From the NCBI GenBank assembly GCA_040755855.1, contig JBFMAD010000002.1:192001-256000 (forward strand): a DNA stretch of 64,000 bases. Direction: 5' to 3'. This stretch comes from Planctomycetota bacterium (lineage in GTDB: Bacteria; Planctomycetota; Brocadiia; JAADGH01). A program made the position numbers and the translations under genes. The notes under the pieces were generated by a model. It was not told the origin of the DNA and made no database searches. It worked only from the letters and a program-made list of their open reading frames with translations. Within the stretch, counting starts at the first letter, position 1. Every line of letters begins with the position of its first letter. This document shows, piece by piece, positions 27,995-37,934 of the stretch.

Positions 27995-30169
27995 TTACTT
28001 TACATTCTCGTCCCACTTCACATCGTACCAGTCGCCCTTCGGGTAGGCCATGCGGAGCAGGTTCCCGTCGCCGCGATAGGCGGGGGGCAGCTCGCCCAGG
28101 GCCGTCCGCGCCGCCTCGATGTAGCGAAGCATGGCCAGGACGCGCGGCGAGGCCGTCCCGAAACCGGCCCCGATGGAACCCATGAAATCCGAAACAACGG
28201 GGCTAACCCAGACCCCCGCCTCGTTCTGCGTCGCCATCGCCTGCTCCGCGCCCGACCGAAACGCCTTCAAGCGATCCGCGGCGGACTGCGCCGTCAGCAT
28301 CGGCGCCAGGTCCTTCGGCGGCTCGGCCCTCTCCAGGATTCGCTTCATCGCCGGGACGGTCGAGGACGGCTTGAGCTGCCATGTGCCGATGGGCTGCTGC
28401 CGCACCCACGCCGCCTCCTTCTCGTCGTCCATGTGGTAGTTCTTCCGCTCCCAACAGGCGATGGGCCGGTTGTCGGACAGGTCGTGGTAGCACCACATCT
28501 CTCCGTTCGGGAAGGCCTTCTCCATCCAGGCGATGCAGTCGCGGATCGGCTGGAGGTAGCGGTCGTCCTTCGACAGGCGATAGACCTCCACCAGTCCCTG
28601 GGCGGCCAGGCGCGTCGCCGATTGCGAGCAGGCCGGCGGCTCGAAGTGCCGGGCCTCGGCGGGATTGTTGTCCTTGTCGTACTGTTCGGCCCAGCCGCGC
28701 GTTGCGCCCTTGATCTGCGCGGCGATGAACCAGTCGCCGGCGCGCTTGACTGACTCGATATACTTCCGCTCGCCGGTGATGTGGTACATCAGGACCATGA
28801 CGTCAATGGCGTCGTTCGTGCAGAGATCGTTGATCTCGCCGCCCTGGGGCTGGTTCCGCGCCGTCTTGCCGATGCCGTCCTTCGCGTCCCAGTGGTGCGA
28901 CCAGCTGCCGTTCGGGTTCTGCGCCTTCAGGTAGAACTCGCCCGCTTTCTTCAGCGCGGTCATGTATCGCTCGTCGCCGGTCAGCCGATGCAGGTAGGAC
29001 AGGAAGAAGATAGGGTGGCTCTGCACGCTGTCCTGCAGTTTGACGTGGCGCTCATCCGCGGCGGGTTTGATGCCGGAGACGGTCATGCGATAGCCGTGCA
29101 CCCAGAAGCCGCGCGGGTCCTGCGCGGCCAGGAGGAGGTCCGCCGTCTTCAGCGCAATTTCGAAAAAGCGATAATCGCCCATCACCTCATAGGCGTAGAG
29201 GAACCGCGAGGCGATGTGGGGCGAGGCGTGGCTCTTGTCATTGCCGACGGCCTCGGGGAAGTCCACGCACTCGCGCCCCTGGGCGGCGGACCCGATCAGC
29301 GTCGGCCATGTGTAGAGCGTCTGCCACCCGCCCCAGCGTTGCAGGTCGGCGATGAAGTTCAGGCACTTCCGCGCGTTGTCCTCCGTTTTTATGAGCAGCG
29401 CCTCGTCTTCCTTCGGCAGGGGCTTTATGTCCGCCTGGAGGACGGCGAGGGGAAGGTCGTAGATGACCAGATCGTCAATCTCCAGGCCGGGCAGGTTCAT
29501 CCCGTCCACCCGCGCCCCGAAGCCGCCGCCGACGTAGAAGATGAAGACGGGGCTGTGGCGGTCGGGGAACTTCATCGGCCCGGTCGCGCAGCGGCCGTCG
29601 AGGGCGATCGCCCCGATCCCGGCGGCGCGGTCCCACGAGGCGACGATGCAGTGCCACTCGTCCGGCGTGACGTCCTTGATCGGGAGGTCGAGTTTTGCGA
29701 TGGGCGGCTCCGTCCGCAGGTCCGGGCAGAAGACGAGGGAGAGCGCGGCCTTGTCGCGCAGGATGCCGATGCGGTCCTCGCCGCGGGCGTCGAAAAGCCA
29801 ATGCGGGGTCTCGTCCCGCCACACATTGCCCTTCACGAACATGCGCAGCGTCCCTCGGTGGGGATTGAAGTTGTTCCCGCCGCGGTAGTGCAGGTGGCCG
29901 CCTTTCTCTGCGATACGGGTCGCCTTGCCGTGCCTGCCGGGGACGCCCGCCGTCATCCCGAACCCCCCGGCAAGGGGCATGCCCCGGGCGAAGTCCGCGT
30001 CGTTCGAGTCGGCGCGGTCGAATGTGGCGACGAAGATGGTATGCCGCGTCTGGACTGCGGGCTGCTGCCACCAGTCGCCCTTGAGATGGGACTCCTCGGC
30101 CCAAACCACAGCGACAAGAACGATAAGGCAAGGCAACACGGCAAAAGATTTTAGGCAGTTATGTTTCAC
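27995..30169 (-). CDS. Secreted protein, LamG-like N-terminus plus PL10 (PelA)-like alpha/alpha barrel
   Basis: AQNPNGSW repeats, GWAEQYD..PAEARHFEPP; GTG start after GAGGAGG. Confidence 0.7.
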   Translation of the reverse strand: MKHNCLKSFAVLPCLIVLVAVVWAEESHLKGDWWQQPAVQTRHTIFVATFDRADSNDADFARGMPLAGGFGMTAGVPGRHGKATRIAEKGGHLHYRGGNNFNPHRGTLRMFVKGNVWRDETPHWLFDARGEDRIGILRDKAALSLVFCPDLRTEPPIAKLDLPIKDVTPDEWHCIVASWDRAAGIGAIALDGRCATGPMKFPDRHSPVFIFYVGGGFGARVDGMNLPGLEIDDLVIYDLPLAVLQADIKPLPKEDEALLIKTEDNARKCLNFIADLQRWGGWQTLYTWPTLIGSAAQGRECVDFPEAVGNDKSHASPHIASRFLYAYEVMGDYRFFEIALKTADLLLAAQDPRGFWVHGYRMTVSGIKPAADERHVKLQDSVQSHPIFFLSYLHRLTGDERYMTALKKAGEFYLKAQNPNGSWSHHWDAKDGIGKTARNQPQGGEINDLCTNDAIDVMVLMYHITGERKYIESVKRAGDWFIAAQIKGATRGWAEQYDKDNNPAEARHFEPPACSQSATRLAAQGLVEVYRLSKDDRYLQPIRDCIAWMEKAFPNGEMWCYHDLSDNRPIACWERKNYHMDDEKEAAWVRQQPIGTWQLKPSSTVPAMKRILERAEPPKDLAPMLTAQSAADRLKAFRSGAEQAMATQNEAGVWVSPVVSDFMGSIGAGFGTASPRVLAMLRYIEAARTALGELPPAYRGDGNLLRMAYPKGDWYDVKWDENVK

Positions 30170-30201
30170 AGATGTATCCTCCTCTCTCCGCACGCTTTTT
30201 C

Positions 30202-31803
30202 TCAAGGCAAGACCAGATCGAGATAGACCACCGTCGCCGGCCCCCCCTTTTCGATGCGGATCGTAACGGCGTTGAGACCGTCCTTGACGGCCGAGCGGGG
30301 GCATCGGTAACAGACATACTGTTCCGGCCCGGCAATATCGGCCTCGTGGGGATTGTCGAGGGGTTTGCGGACGAAATCCGTCCGCTGCAACGGGGCGCCG
30401 TTGACCTCAACAACCCATCCGAACTCCGCGCCTTTCTCCTCAGTCATCAGCCGCAGCAGGCCCTCCTTTGTGCTCGCGTTGGGGGCCATGTCGAGGGTAA
30501 CGGCATGGGATTGGCCCTCGCTCAGTCGCACCGGCAGCGGCGGCGGGTCCGGTGAGGGGCGGTTCCAGTTCTTTGCCAGGACGTACCACTGCGGCTGCTT
30601 GGCCAGCCAGTCCGGTTGCCTGAGGCGTTTGAGGACGTGGAAGGGCGGCTCGTTGAACGGCCCGCGGCCGGGCGTGCCGTGCTCGCGGTAGTAAACGAAG
30701 TTGAAGAGGCTCACGCCGTCGGCCCCACGCGCGTAGGCGAGGTGCGCCGTGGTGTAGAACTGCTCGTCGGTTGTGCGGAGGAAGAGGAAGTTGTCTCCCC
30801 CTTCGCCGCGCTTTGGTCCCGTCAGCGTGCAGTGGGTCATTTCGAGGTAGAGCGTCATGTCGGGGACCTGCTTGCGGATGAGCGCGAGGTCGGTCTGCTG
30901 CTGGGTGAAGTAGAAGGCGGAGAGGTTCGCCATATCAAGACCGGCCTCGGCCAGGGCGGGGAGATCAATCCCCAGCATATCGTGCGCGGACGCCATGCAC
31001 GGGATCCGAGCGCAGAGCCAGCGCTTCTGTCCCGGTTTGGCGGTGCGATCGAGCAGCTCCCTCACGCGCCTCACGAAGTCGGTCATGATCTTGCTGCGCT
31101 GCTCGGAGGTGGTTTCCTTCAACCGGAAGTAGGCGGGGAATCGCATGAAATCCAGCTCGAAGCCGTCAATGTCGTAGTTCTCGCACAGTTCCTTGATGAA
31201 TGCGAATTTGTGCTCGCGGACCTCCGGGATGGCCCAGTTCTGCACGCGCTGATCGCCCTTTTTCTTGTCCGGGCCGATGCGGTACTCGGGGTGCTCGGCG
31301 TAGAACCGGCTGCTGTACTTGGCCGAGGGGTGCTTCTCGTCCACGTAGTCGAGGTGGTGGGTGTCGTTCATGCGGAGGGAGACGAACGGGCTTTGGCCCT
31401 TCTTGCGGCACTCGTCCACGAAGACCTTGACGAGATCGCCCCCGTCCATGACGTACTGGCCGAAGTCGTCCGGTTTGCATCCCGTCCTCTCCTGGAACCA
31501 ACGATAGTGCTCCGCCGGGGGATAGGCCTTGCTTTGCCACCAGGGGACCCAGCCGAGGCCCGGCTGGAGCAGGTGGACGTCCGCGCCCTCCGCCTCGTCC
31601 ACAGAGGCCCGGAGCATGGCCTCGGTGAAGTGCTCGCCCTTCTTGTGATAGGGGCTGATGCAGGTCTGGAGGTTGGTTGTGTCGTTGCTGAACAGGACCT
31701 TGAATGGGGCCTTGGCGCGCCCCTTCGTATCCGCCGCGTCGGTCGGCAATCCTACCATATGGACACCTATCAGGACCCAGAACAGTGCGCATCGAAACCA
31801 CAT
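30202..31803 (-). CDS. Putative glycoside hydrolase-like TIM barrel (GHL10-like)
   Basis: SLRMND, YDIDGFELDFMR, GADGVSLFNF. Confidence 0.7.
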   Translation of the reverse strand: MWFRCALFWVLIGVHMVGLPTDAADTKGRAKAPFKVLFSNDTTNLQTCISPYHKKGEHFTEAMLRASVDEAEGADVHLLQPGLGWVPWWQSKAYPPAEHYRWFQERTGCKPDDFGQYVMDGGDLVKVFVDECRKKGQSPFVSLRMNDTHHLDYVDEKHPSAKYSSRFYAEHPEYRIGPDKKKGDQRVQNWAIPEVREHKFAFIKELCENYDIDGFELDFMRFPAYFRLKETTSEQRSKIMTDFVRRVRELLDRTAKPGQKRWLCARIPCMASAHDMLGIDLPALAEAGLDMANLSAFYFTQQQTDLALIRKQVPDMTLYLEMTHCTLTGPKRGEGGDNFLFLRTTDEQFYTTAHLAYARGADGVSLFNFVYYREHGTPGRGPFNEPPFHVLKRLRQPDWLAKQPQWYVLAKNWNRPSPDPPPLPVRLSEGQSHAVTLDMAPNASTKEGLLRLMTEEKGAEFGWVVEVNGAPLQRTDFVRKPLDNPHEADIAGPEQYVCYRCPRSAVKDGLNAVTIRIEKGGPATVVYLDLVLP

Positions 31804-32039
31804 TGGATTATCTCCCGTCGTTCAACCCGAAATCGCAGCGCGTAGGATAAACTGCACAGGGGCATGGAGGCAAGGGGATTCTCTTGAAACAATCGAAGGT
31901 GCGGAGGACAATAGGCGGGTGTAACGTCGTTGAAATCGCCTTGAAGCGCGTTGCGATCGTTTCGGTTTCTTGCGTTTTTTTACAACCTATGAGCGCGAAT
32001 ACGGGTCTTATGGGTAGAAGGCAATGGAGATAGGGATGG

Positions 32040-33206
32040 ATGATCGGCATGGAGACGTTACCGCAACTTATTGAGAAGGCGCGGGCCGGCGACCTGGCGG
32101 CCTACGAGCGGATCGTCCGGCGCTTCCAGGACATGGCCTGCGGCTATGCCCATTCGATCCTCGGCGATTTCCATCTGGCCGAGGACGTGGCTCAGGAGGC
32201 GTTCGTGGATGCGTATCAGCGCCTCGGCGATCTGCGCGAGCCGGGGGCCTTCCCCGGCTGGCTGCGGCGGGTCGTATTCAAGCACTGCGATCGGCTGACG
32301 CGGCGGCGCGGCGTGTCCACCGTCCCGCTGGATGCGGCCCGGGGTGCAGCAGGCGATGCCGACATCCCGGACGACTCGATCGAGGAGCAGGAGCTCTCCG
32401 ACCGCGTGCTCGCGGCGGTCAGGGCCTTGCCCGATAGCGAGCGCCAGGTCGCCACGCTCTACTACATCAACGGCTATTCCCAGGCGGAGGTCGCCGAGTT
32501 CCTGGAGGAGCCGGTGACGACGGTGAAGAGCCGGCTGCACACGGCGCGGCAGCGCTTGAAGGAAAGGATGATGACCATGGTAAAGGATGTCTTGAGCAGG
32601 AACGCGCCCGACGACGCGTTCGCCGAACGGGTGTCCGAGGTCATCAATGTCTTCATGGCGAAGGGCCCGGCGGGCGACCTCATCGGCAGCCCGTGGGAGA
32701 AGCGGATGCGGCAGCAGACGACGGAGGTGCTGCGCGCCGGCGAAGAGGGGTTCCGCATAGACGTGGCGATGTCGGAGTCGGAACACGCGCGGATACGGAG
32801 CCTCGCCGCATTGCACTTCGGACTCCGAGGCGATCCGCGGGGCAAGGAACACCTGATCCGTCTGATGGCCGATCCGAGCGCCCGCGTGCGGAACCGGGCG
32901 GTGCAGCAGTACGCCCGGCTGATCCATCCGGGCGAGATTGAGGTTGGCTGGGGGTGGGGTTTGGCGACGCTGGCGGACAAAGTGCCGGTGGGCGTCGAGA
33001 AGCTGATCCCCCTGGTGGACGACGGGAACGCGAAGGTCCGGCTGGCGGCGCTGTTGGCGCTGGGGGCCTATGCGAAGCTGGGTGACAGCCGGATTGACGA
33101 GGCACTGAAGCGGGGGCTTGCCGACCCCATACACAAGAACCGGCACTACACGGCGCGGATCCTCGGCGCGCCCTGCCCGGGGTGCGGCGCGGCTGCGGAG
33201 AAATAG
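32040..33206 (+). CDS. ECF sigma factor with C-terminal HEAT repeats
   Basis: AEDVAQEAF, FPGWLRR, TVKSRLHTARQRL; HEAT-like C-terminus. Confidence 0.9.
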   Translation: MIGMETLPQLIEKARAGDLAAYERIVRRFQDMACGYAHSILGDFHLAEDVAQEAFVDAYQRLGDLREPGAFPGWLRRVVFKHCDRLTRRRGVSTVPLDAARGAAGDADIPDDSIEEQELSDRVLAAVRALPDSERQVATLYYINGYSQAEVAEFLEEPVTTVKSRLHTARQRLKERMMTMVKDVLSRNAPDDAFAERVSEVINVFMAKGPAGDLIGSPWEKRMRQQTTEVLRAGEEGFRIDVAMSESEHARIRSLAALHFGLRGDPRGKEHLIRLMADPSARVRNRAVQQYARLIHPGEIEVGWGWGLATLADKVPVGVEKLIPLVDDGNAKVRLAALLALGAYAKLGDSRIDEALKRGLADPIHKNRHYTARILGAPCPGCGAAAEK

Positions 33207-33248
33207 GGGGCGTGGGGGTTGTCGAGAAGCCCGATGGAGCAGGCCGAT

Positions 33249-33273
33249 GTAGCCGCACCCTTTACGGGTGCGG
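33249..33273. repeat. GTAG-type REP-like palindrome
   Basis: GTAG-CCGCACCC-TTTAC-GGGTGCGG. Confidence 0.6.
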
Positions 33274-33297
33274 TCTTTCCTTGACTACCGGACATAC

Positions 33298-33372
33298 CCG
33301 GATGGCGTGGCTCAGAGACAGAGCGCCCCGCGTAGGCGGGGAGGTCGCAGGTTCAAATCCTGCCCCGTCCGG
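33298..33372 (+). ncRNA. tRNA-like element / pseudo-tRNA
   Basis: D arm GCTC/GAGC, T arm GCAGG-TTCAAAT-CCTGC, anticodon arm CCCCGC-GTAG-GCGGGG, no CCA. Confidence 0.7.
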
Positions 33373-33586
33373 TTTTTTTCTTACCCCAAAATAAGTCGAA
33401 CCTCATTAACTCTCATAATATCAAGTTGATACGACTTGAATAATGACACATATTCACCGATGCTGGGTAATTGTAGGATAAATCGGGCCGTCCGTCATTA
33501 TTCGATGCGTAACCATAGTAAATTTAAGGAGTTAACCATATCAGGTTTTTCTTTTGCTCCAAACGCGATCCCCACGTCCCGCGGGG

Positions 33587-33664
33587 GTAGGGGCGGACCC
33601 ATGTGTCCGCCCCTGAGGGCAGGGGACATGCGTTGCAGGGGCCGGCACATGGGCCGGCCCCTAC
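33587..33664. repeat. Inverted GTAG-type REP pair
   Basis: GTAGGGGCGGACCCATGTGTCCGCCC ... GGGCCGGCACATGGGCCGGCCCCTAC; same family as 25700-25777. Confidence 0.8.
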
Positions 33665-33819
33665 ACCCTCCTCCAGCGAAATCAGGAAAATCCCCCCGTT
33701 ACTGAGACATTACGCCACCAGAGATTTTTCCCTTTACGGCTGGGGTGGCCGCGTGGTAATAATCCGGTGCCGATGCTTGACTCCGGGGCCGGACCAGAAC
33801 CCGTGACAGAAGAGGACCC

Positions 33820-34515
33820 ATGAGACGGACCCCCGCGATCTTCGTCTTCCTGTTGGTGGGCATGGCGGCAGCCCGGGGCCAGATCGTCATGGAGCAGGAA
33901 AAGGCCGAGGGATTTGTTCCCCTCTTCAATGGCGCGGACCTCGTCGGCTGGCTGCCGAATCCCGCCCCGGTCTGGAAGATCGAGGGCGGCGTCCTCTCCT
34001 GCACGGGCGACAAGGGCGACTGGCTTCGCACGGAGCAGCAGTTTGAGAACTTTATCCTCCGCCTCGAATACAAGATCAGTCCCGAGGGCAACAGCGGCGT
34101 CTTCATTCGCTGCCCCCTAACCGGTCGATGGTCGCGCACGGGGATGGAGATCCAGATCCTCGACGACCACGGCAAGCCGCCGGGCCGGAGCAGCTCCGGC
34201 TCGATCTATGACGTCCGCGCCCCGAACAAGAATATGTCCAGGCCCGCCGGCGAATGGAACGAAGTGGAGATCACCTGTCGGGACCGTCAGATCAAGGTGG
34301 TCATCAACGGCGAGACGGTGCACAACGTTTGCCTCGACGACCCCGCATTGAACCCGACGGAAATCCCGGAGCAATACAAAGGGAAGAAGCCGAACGATAT
34401 CCCGGGCTATATCCAGTCGCCCCTGGCGAAGCGCGCGCGGAAGGGGCACATCGCTTTGCAGAACCACAGCAGCCCGGTGTGGTTTCGGAACATTCGGATC
34501 AAGGTGTTGGATTGA
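33820..34515 (+). CDS. DUF1080 (3-keto-glycoside processing) family protein
   Basis: LFNGADLVGW, GNSGVF, EIQILD, GEWN, GHIALQNH, FRNIRIK. Confidence 0.93.
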   Translation: MRRTPAIFVFLLVGMAAARGQIVMEQEKAEGFVPLFNGADLVGWLPNPAPVWKIEGGVLSCTGDKGDWLRTEQQFENFILRLEYKISPEGNSGVFIRCPLTGRWSRTGMEIQILDDHGKPPGRSSSGSIYDVRAPNKNMSRPAGEWNEVEITCRDRQIKVVINGETVHNVCLDDPALNPTEIPEQYKGKKPNDIPGYIQSPLAKRARKGHIALQNHSSPVWFRNIRIKVLD

Positions 34516-34528
34516 GGAGGGAGAATAC

Positions 34529-35788
34529 ATGACCAAACCCAACAAGATCGGCCGTCGCGAGTTCCTCCGGCGCTCCACCGCCGGGGCCGTCGGCCTGGGC
34601 ATGACGGCGGGCATGGCCCGGAACGTCCTCGGCGCGAACGACCGCATCCGCGTCGGCGTCATCGGCGTCGGCGGCATGGGTGGCCATCACCTGTCGAACC
34701 TCGTGGAGTACCAAAAGAAGGGCAAGGAGAACGTCGAGGTCGTCGCCGTCTGCGACGCCTTCGAGAAGCGCCGCCTCCGCGCCAAGCAGGTGACCGGCGG
34801 CAAGGCCGACGACTACATTGACTACCACGAGATGATCGACCGGAAGGACATCGACGTCTGCTGGACGGCCACGCCGGACCACGTCCACGCCCCGGTATCC
34901 ATTGACGTCATGGAATCGGGCAAGGACATCTACTGCGAGAAGCCGATGACGCGCTTTTGGGAGCAGGCGAAGCGCGTTTACGCCACGGTGAAAAAGACGA
35001 ACCGGATCATGCAGATCGGCTCGCAGTCCTGCTCCTCGCCCTGCTGGCACAAGGCGGGCGAACTCATCAAAGAGGGCAAGATCGGCAAGCTCGTCTGGGT
35101 CCAGACCAGCGCCGTCCGCAACGCCCGCAAGGACACGGACGAGCGCGACTACACGATCGACGCGGAGGGCAACGAGAAGACCGTCTTCTGGAAGGGCTTC
35201 CTGGCCGAGCACCCGATGCGGACCTTCGACCCGGTGCGCTTCTTCCGGTGGCGGAAGTTCTGGGACTACTCCGGCGGCATCACCACGGAATGGTTCAGCC
35301 ACAATTTGCACAAGCTCATGCCCGTCATCGGCATGGACTACCCCGTGCGCGCCGTCGCCGGCGGCGGCGTCTATTGCTGGAAGGGCGACCGCGAGCCGCC
35401 GACGACGATCCACGTGGTGGTGGACTATCCCGCCGGCCACAGCGTCATGCTCCTCGGCTGCATGGTGAACGAGCACGGCGTGAGCACCGTCGTCCACGGC
35501 CACGAGGCGAACATGTTCATAGGCAGCACGATCACCATCCGTCCCGAGGCGGCCCTCGACGAGGAGGGCGAGCGGCAGACGGAGCAGATTCGCGTCGGCG
35601 GAGCACCGCAGGGCGACGAGGTTGCGTCGCACCACCACAACTTCCTCGAGTGCGTCCGCTCGCGGAAGGAGCCGAACTGCTCCGTGGAGTACGGCCTCCG
35701 CGCCATGGCCGCCATCTGCATGGCGAACGACTGCTACCGCGAGAACAAGGTGAAGTTCTTCAATGCGGAGAAGATGGAGATCGTCTGA
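34529..35788 (+). CDS. Gfo/Idh/MocA oxidoreductase with Tat signal
   Basis: GRREFL, IGVGGMG, TPDHVH, YCEKP. Confidence 0.92.
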   Translation: MTKPNKIGRREFLRRSTAGAVGLGMTAGMARNVLGANDRIRVGVIGVGGMGGHHLSNLVEYQKKGKENVEVVAVCDAFEKRRLRAKQVTGGKADDYIDYHEMIDRKDIDVCWTATPDHVHAPVSIDVMESGKDIYCEKPMTRFWEQAKRVYATVKKTNRIMQIGSQSCSSPCWHKAGELIKEGKIGKLVWVQTSAVRNARKDTDERDYTIDAEGNEKTVFWKGFLAEHPMRTFDPVRFFRWRKFWDYSGGITTEWFSHNLHKLMPVIGMDYPVRAVAGGGVYCWKGDREPPTTIHVVVDYPAGHSVMLLGCMVNEHGVSTVVHGHEANMFIGSTITIRPEAALDEEGERQTEQIRVGGAPQGDEVASHHHNFLECVRSRKEPNCSVEYGLRAMAAICMANDCYRENKVKFFNAEKMEIV

Positions 35789-35821
35789 CGACGCAGGACC
35801 CCACATCGGGAGGAGATAGAC

Positions 35822-36964
35822 ATGGCTGACACAAACTCACGAATCAACCTCGCCGTCATCGGATGCGGCGCGAGGGGCGTCGAGCACGTCAAGCGCCTGA
35901 AGGAACTCGCCGAGAAAAAAGAGGCCAACGTAGCCGTCACGGCCGTGTGCGACATCTACACCCCGCGCAAGGAGCAGGCCAAGGAACTGACCGGCGGCGC
36001 GCTCTTCCACGACTACCAGGAACTGCTCGCGCGCGACGACATTGACGGCGTCGTCATCGCCGCGCCCGACCACTGGCACGCTCAGATGTGCCTCGACGCC
36101 ATGGAGGCCGGCAAGGACGTCTACTGCGAGTCGCCCATGACGCTCACGTGGGAGGAGGCCATGAAGGTCCGGCAGGCGGTGGACCGCACCCAGCGCGTCC
36201 TGCAGGTCGGCGCGACGGTCTGCTCCGATCCGCGGTGGGCCACGGCCCACGAGCTGATCCAAAAGAAACAGCTCGGCACCATTGTCTGGAGCCAAGCGAG
36301 CATCACCCGCAACTCCGAGGAGGGCGAGGGCAACGTCAAGGTGGACGCCGCGGCCACGCCGAAAGAGATTGACTGGGACCGATTCATCGGCCCCGCCTCC
36401 TGGCGGCCCTTCGACTTGGAGCGCTTCTTCCGCCACCAGAAGTATTACGACTACTCCCTCGGCACACTCAACGATGACAGCCGGTGTGGCCTCTATGGTC
36501 TCCAGATGGCCCTCGGTCCGGAGTTCCCCCAGCGCGTCGTCGCCGCCGGTGGGCAGTGGGTGCACCACGACCGCGAGCTGCCCGACACCTTCCACATCAT
36601 CATCAACTACGCCACAGAGCACACGACGGTCCTCGCCTCGTGCGCCGTGAACGAGTCCGGCCTGCCCACTGTCATCCGCGGCAAGGCGATGACCCTCCAC
36701 CTCGACGGCGACAGCATAAAAGTCGCCCCGGAAAAGGCTTACACCGACGAGCTCGACCCCATTGACATCCCCGTCAAGACGCCGAAGGACCTGCAGAAGG
36801 CGCACCACATGGATTTCCTCGACTGCATCCGTACCCGGAAGCGCCCGAATTGCCACGTTGACCTGGCGTGCAAGGTGACGGTGACGCTGGCCCTCGCGGT
36901 GAAGGCGTTCCGCGAGAACGAGGTCGTCTTCTTCGACCCCGGGAAGGAAGCGCCCGTTGGCTGA
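35822..36964 (+). CDS. Gfo/Idh/MocA family protein without signal peptide
   Basis: IGCGARG, APDHWH, YCESP. Confidence 0.9.
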   Translation: MADTNSRINLAVIGCGARGVEHVKRLKELAEKKEANVAVTAVCDIYTPRKEQAKELTGGALFHDYQELLARDDIDGVVIAAPDHWHAQMCLDAMEAGKDVYCESPMTLTWEEAMKVRQAVDRTQRVLQVGATVCSDPRWATAHELIQKKQLGTIVWSQASITRNSEEGEGNVKVDAAATPKEIDWDRFIGPASWRPFDLERFFRHQKYYDYSLGTLNDDSRCGLYGLQMALGPEFPQRVVAAGGQWVHHDRELPDTFHIIINYATEHTTVLASCAVNESGLPTVIRGKAMTLHLDGDSIKVAPEKAYTDELDPIDIPVKTPKDLQKAHHMDFLDCIRTRKRPNCHVDLACKVTVTLALAVKAFRENEVVFFDPGKEAPVG

Positions 36965-37934
36965 GCCTATCGTCGTCAAGCTCGCCCGGCCGGCCATGGC
37001 CACGGAGTTCGAGATCCTCCTCTGGGGAGAAGACCGGAGCTACCTCCGCTCCGTCGGCGAGGAGGCCCTGGACGAGATCGAGGCCGTCGAGCGGAAACTC
37101 AGCCTCTTCGTTCCGACGAGCGACATCGCCGCCGTCAACGCTCGCGCGGCGCGGCAGCCGGTGCGCGTGGCAGCCGAGGTATTCGATCTGCTCAAGCGGG
37201 CCGTCGCCCTGAGCCGGGAGAGCGGCGGCGCATTCGACATCACCACGGCTCCGCTGTCCCGATGCTGGGGATTTCACGCGCGGGAAGGACGCATTCCAAC
37301 GGAGGAGGAGATCGCCGAGGCATCGTCTCTTGTCGGGGCCGACAATATCTTTTTTTGCGAATATTCAAAAAGTATTCGCCTTGCGAAGGTGGGCATGTCC
37401 ATTGATCTCGGCGGCATCGGCAAGGGCTACGCGGTCGAGCGCGCGGCGGGGATTGTCCGGGAGCATGACGTCCCCGGCGGCCTGATCCACGGGGGCACGA
37501 GCACCATCTACGCCATCGGCGCCCCGCCCGATCGCGAGGGCTGGCCCATCGGCATCGTCAACCCGCTCGATCCGACGGAGCGCCTGGCGGTCGTCCATCT
37601 GAAGGACCAGGCCCTCTCGACATCTCGCGGGACCGGCAAGTGCTTCGAGGTCGGCGGTCGGCGGTACGGCCACATCCTCGACCCGCGCACCGGCTACCCG
37701 GCGGAGGGAATCCTCAGCGCGACGGCGATCTGCCCGTCGCCCACCGACGCCGACGCGCTCTCCACGGCCTTTGCCATCTTCGGCATCGAAGAGACGAAGC
37801 GATACTGTGACGATCATCCATCGGCGGGTGCAATCGTTTTTCACGATGAAGAACATAACATCTTACCGCAAATGACTTTATGTGGAGTCATAGCAGAGGA
37901 GGCCGTAGAGAAATGTCTGATCGCAGCGGAATAG
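36957..37934 (+). CDS. apbE: FAD:protein FMN transferase
   Basis: AMAT, GAFDIT, DLGGIGKGY, STS, HILDPRTG, ADALST; TTG start. Confidence 0.92.
   Translation: MAEPIVVKLARPAMATEFEILLWGEDRSYLRSVGEEALDEIEAVERKLSLFVPTSDIAAVNARAARQPVRVAAEVFDLLKRAVALSRESGGAFDITTAPLSRCWGFHAREGRIPTEEEIAEASSLVGADNIFFCEYSKSIRLAKVGMSIDLGGIGKGYAVERAAGIVREHDVPGGLIHGGTSTIYAIGAPPDREGWPIGIVNPLDPTERLAVVHLKDQALSTSRGTGKCFEVGGRRYGHILDPRTGYPAEGILSATAICPSPTDADALSTAFAIFGIEETKRYCDDHPSAGAIVFHDEEHNILPQMTLCGVIAEEAVEKCLIAAE

Noticed and set aside
26423..28753. Long antisense ORFs (also 39220-41415, 44466-46724, 42558-43973, 62270-63748 and others)
   Set aside because: Shadow frames of well-supported opposite-strand genes, typical of high-GC codon usage.
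33217..33289. Y RNA (GGTTGTCGAG...CTTGACTACC resembles the Ro60-binding helix)
   Set aside because: No Ro60/TROVE gene in the window, and the interior is a REP-like palindrome. It is better explained as a degenerate inverted-repeat element. An Rfam YrlA search would settle it.
33298..33372. Functional tRNA gene
   Set aside because: Anticodon loop is 4-6 nt, the D loop lacks GG, the acceptor stem is bulged and there is no CCA.
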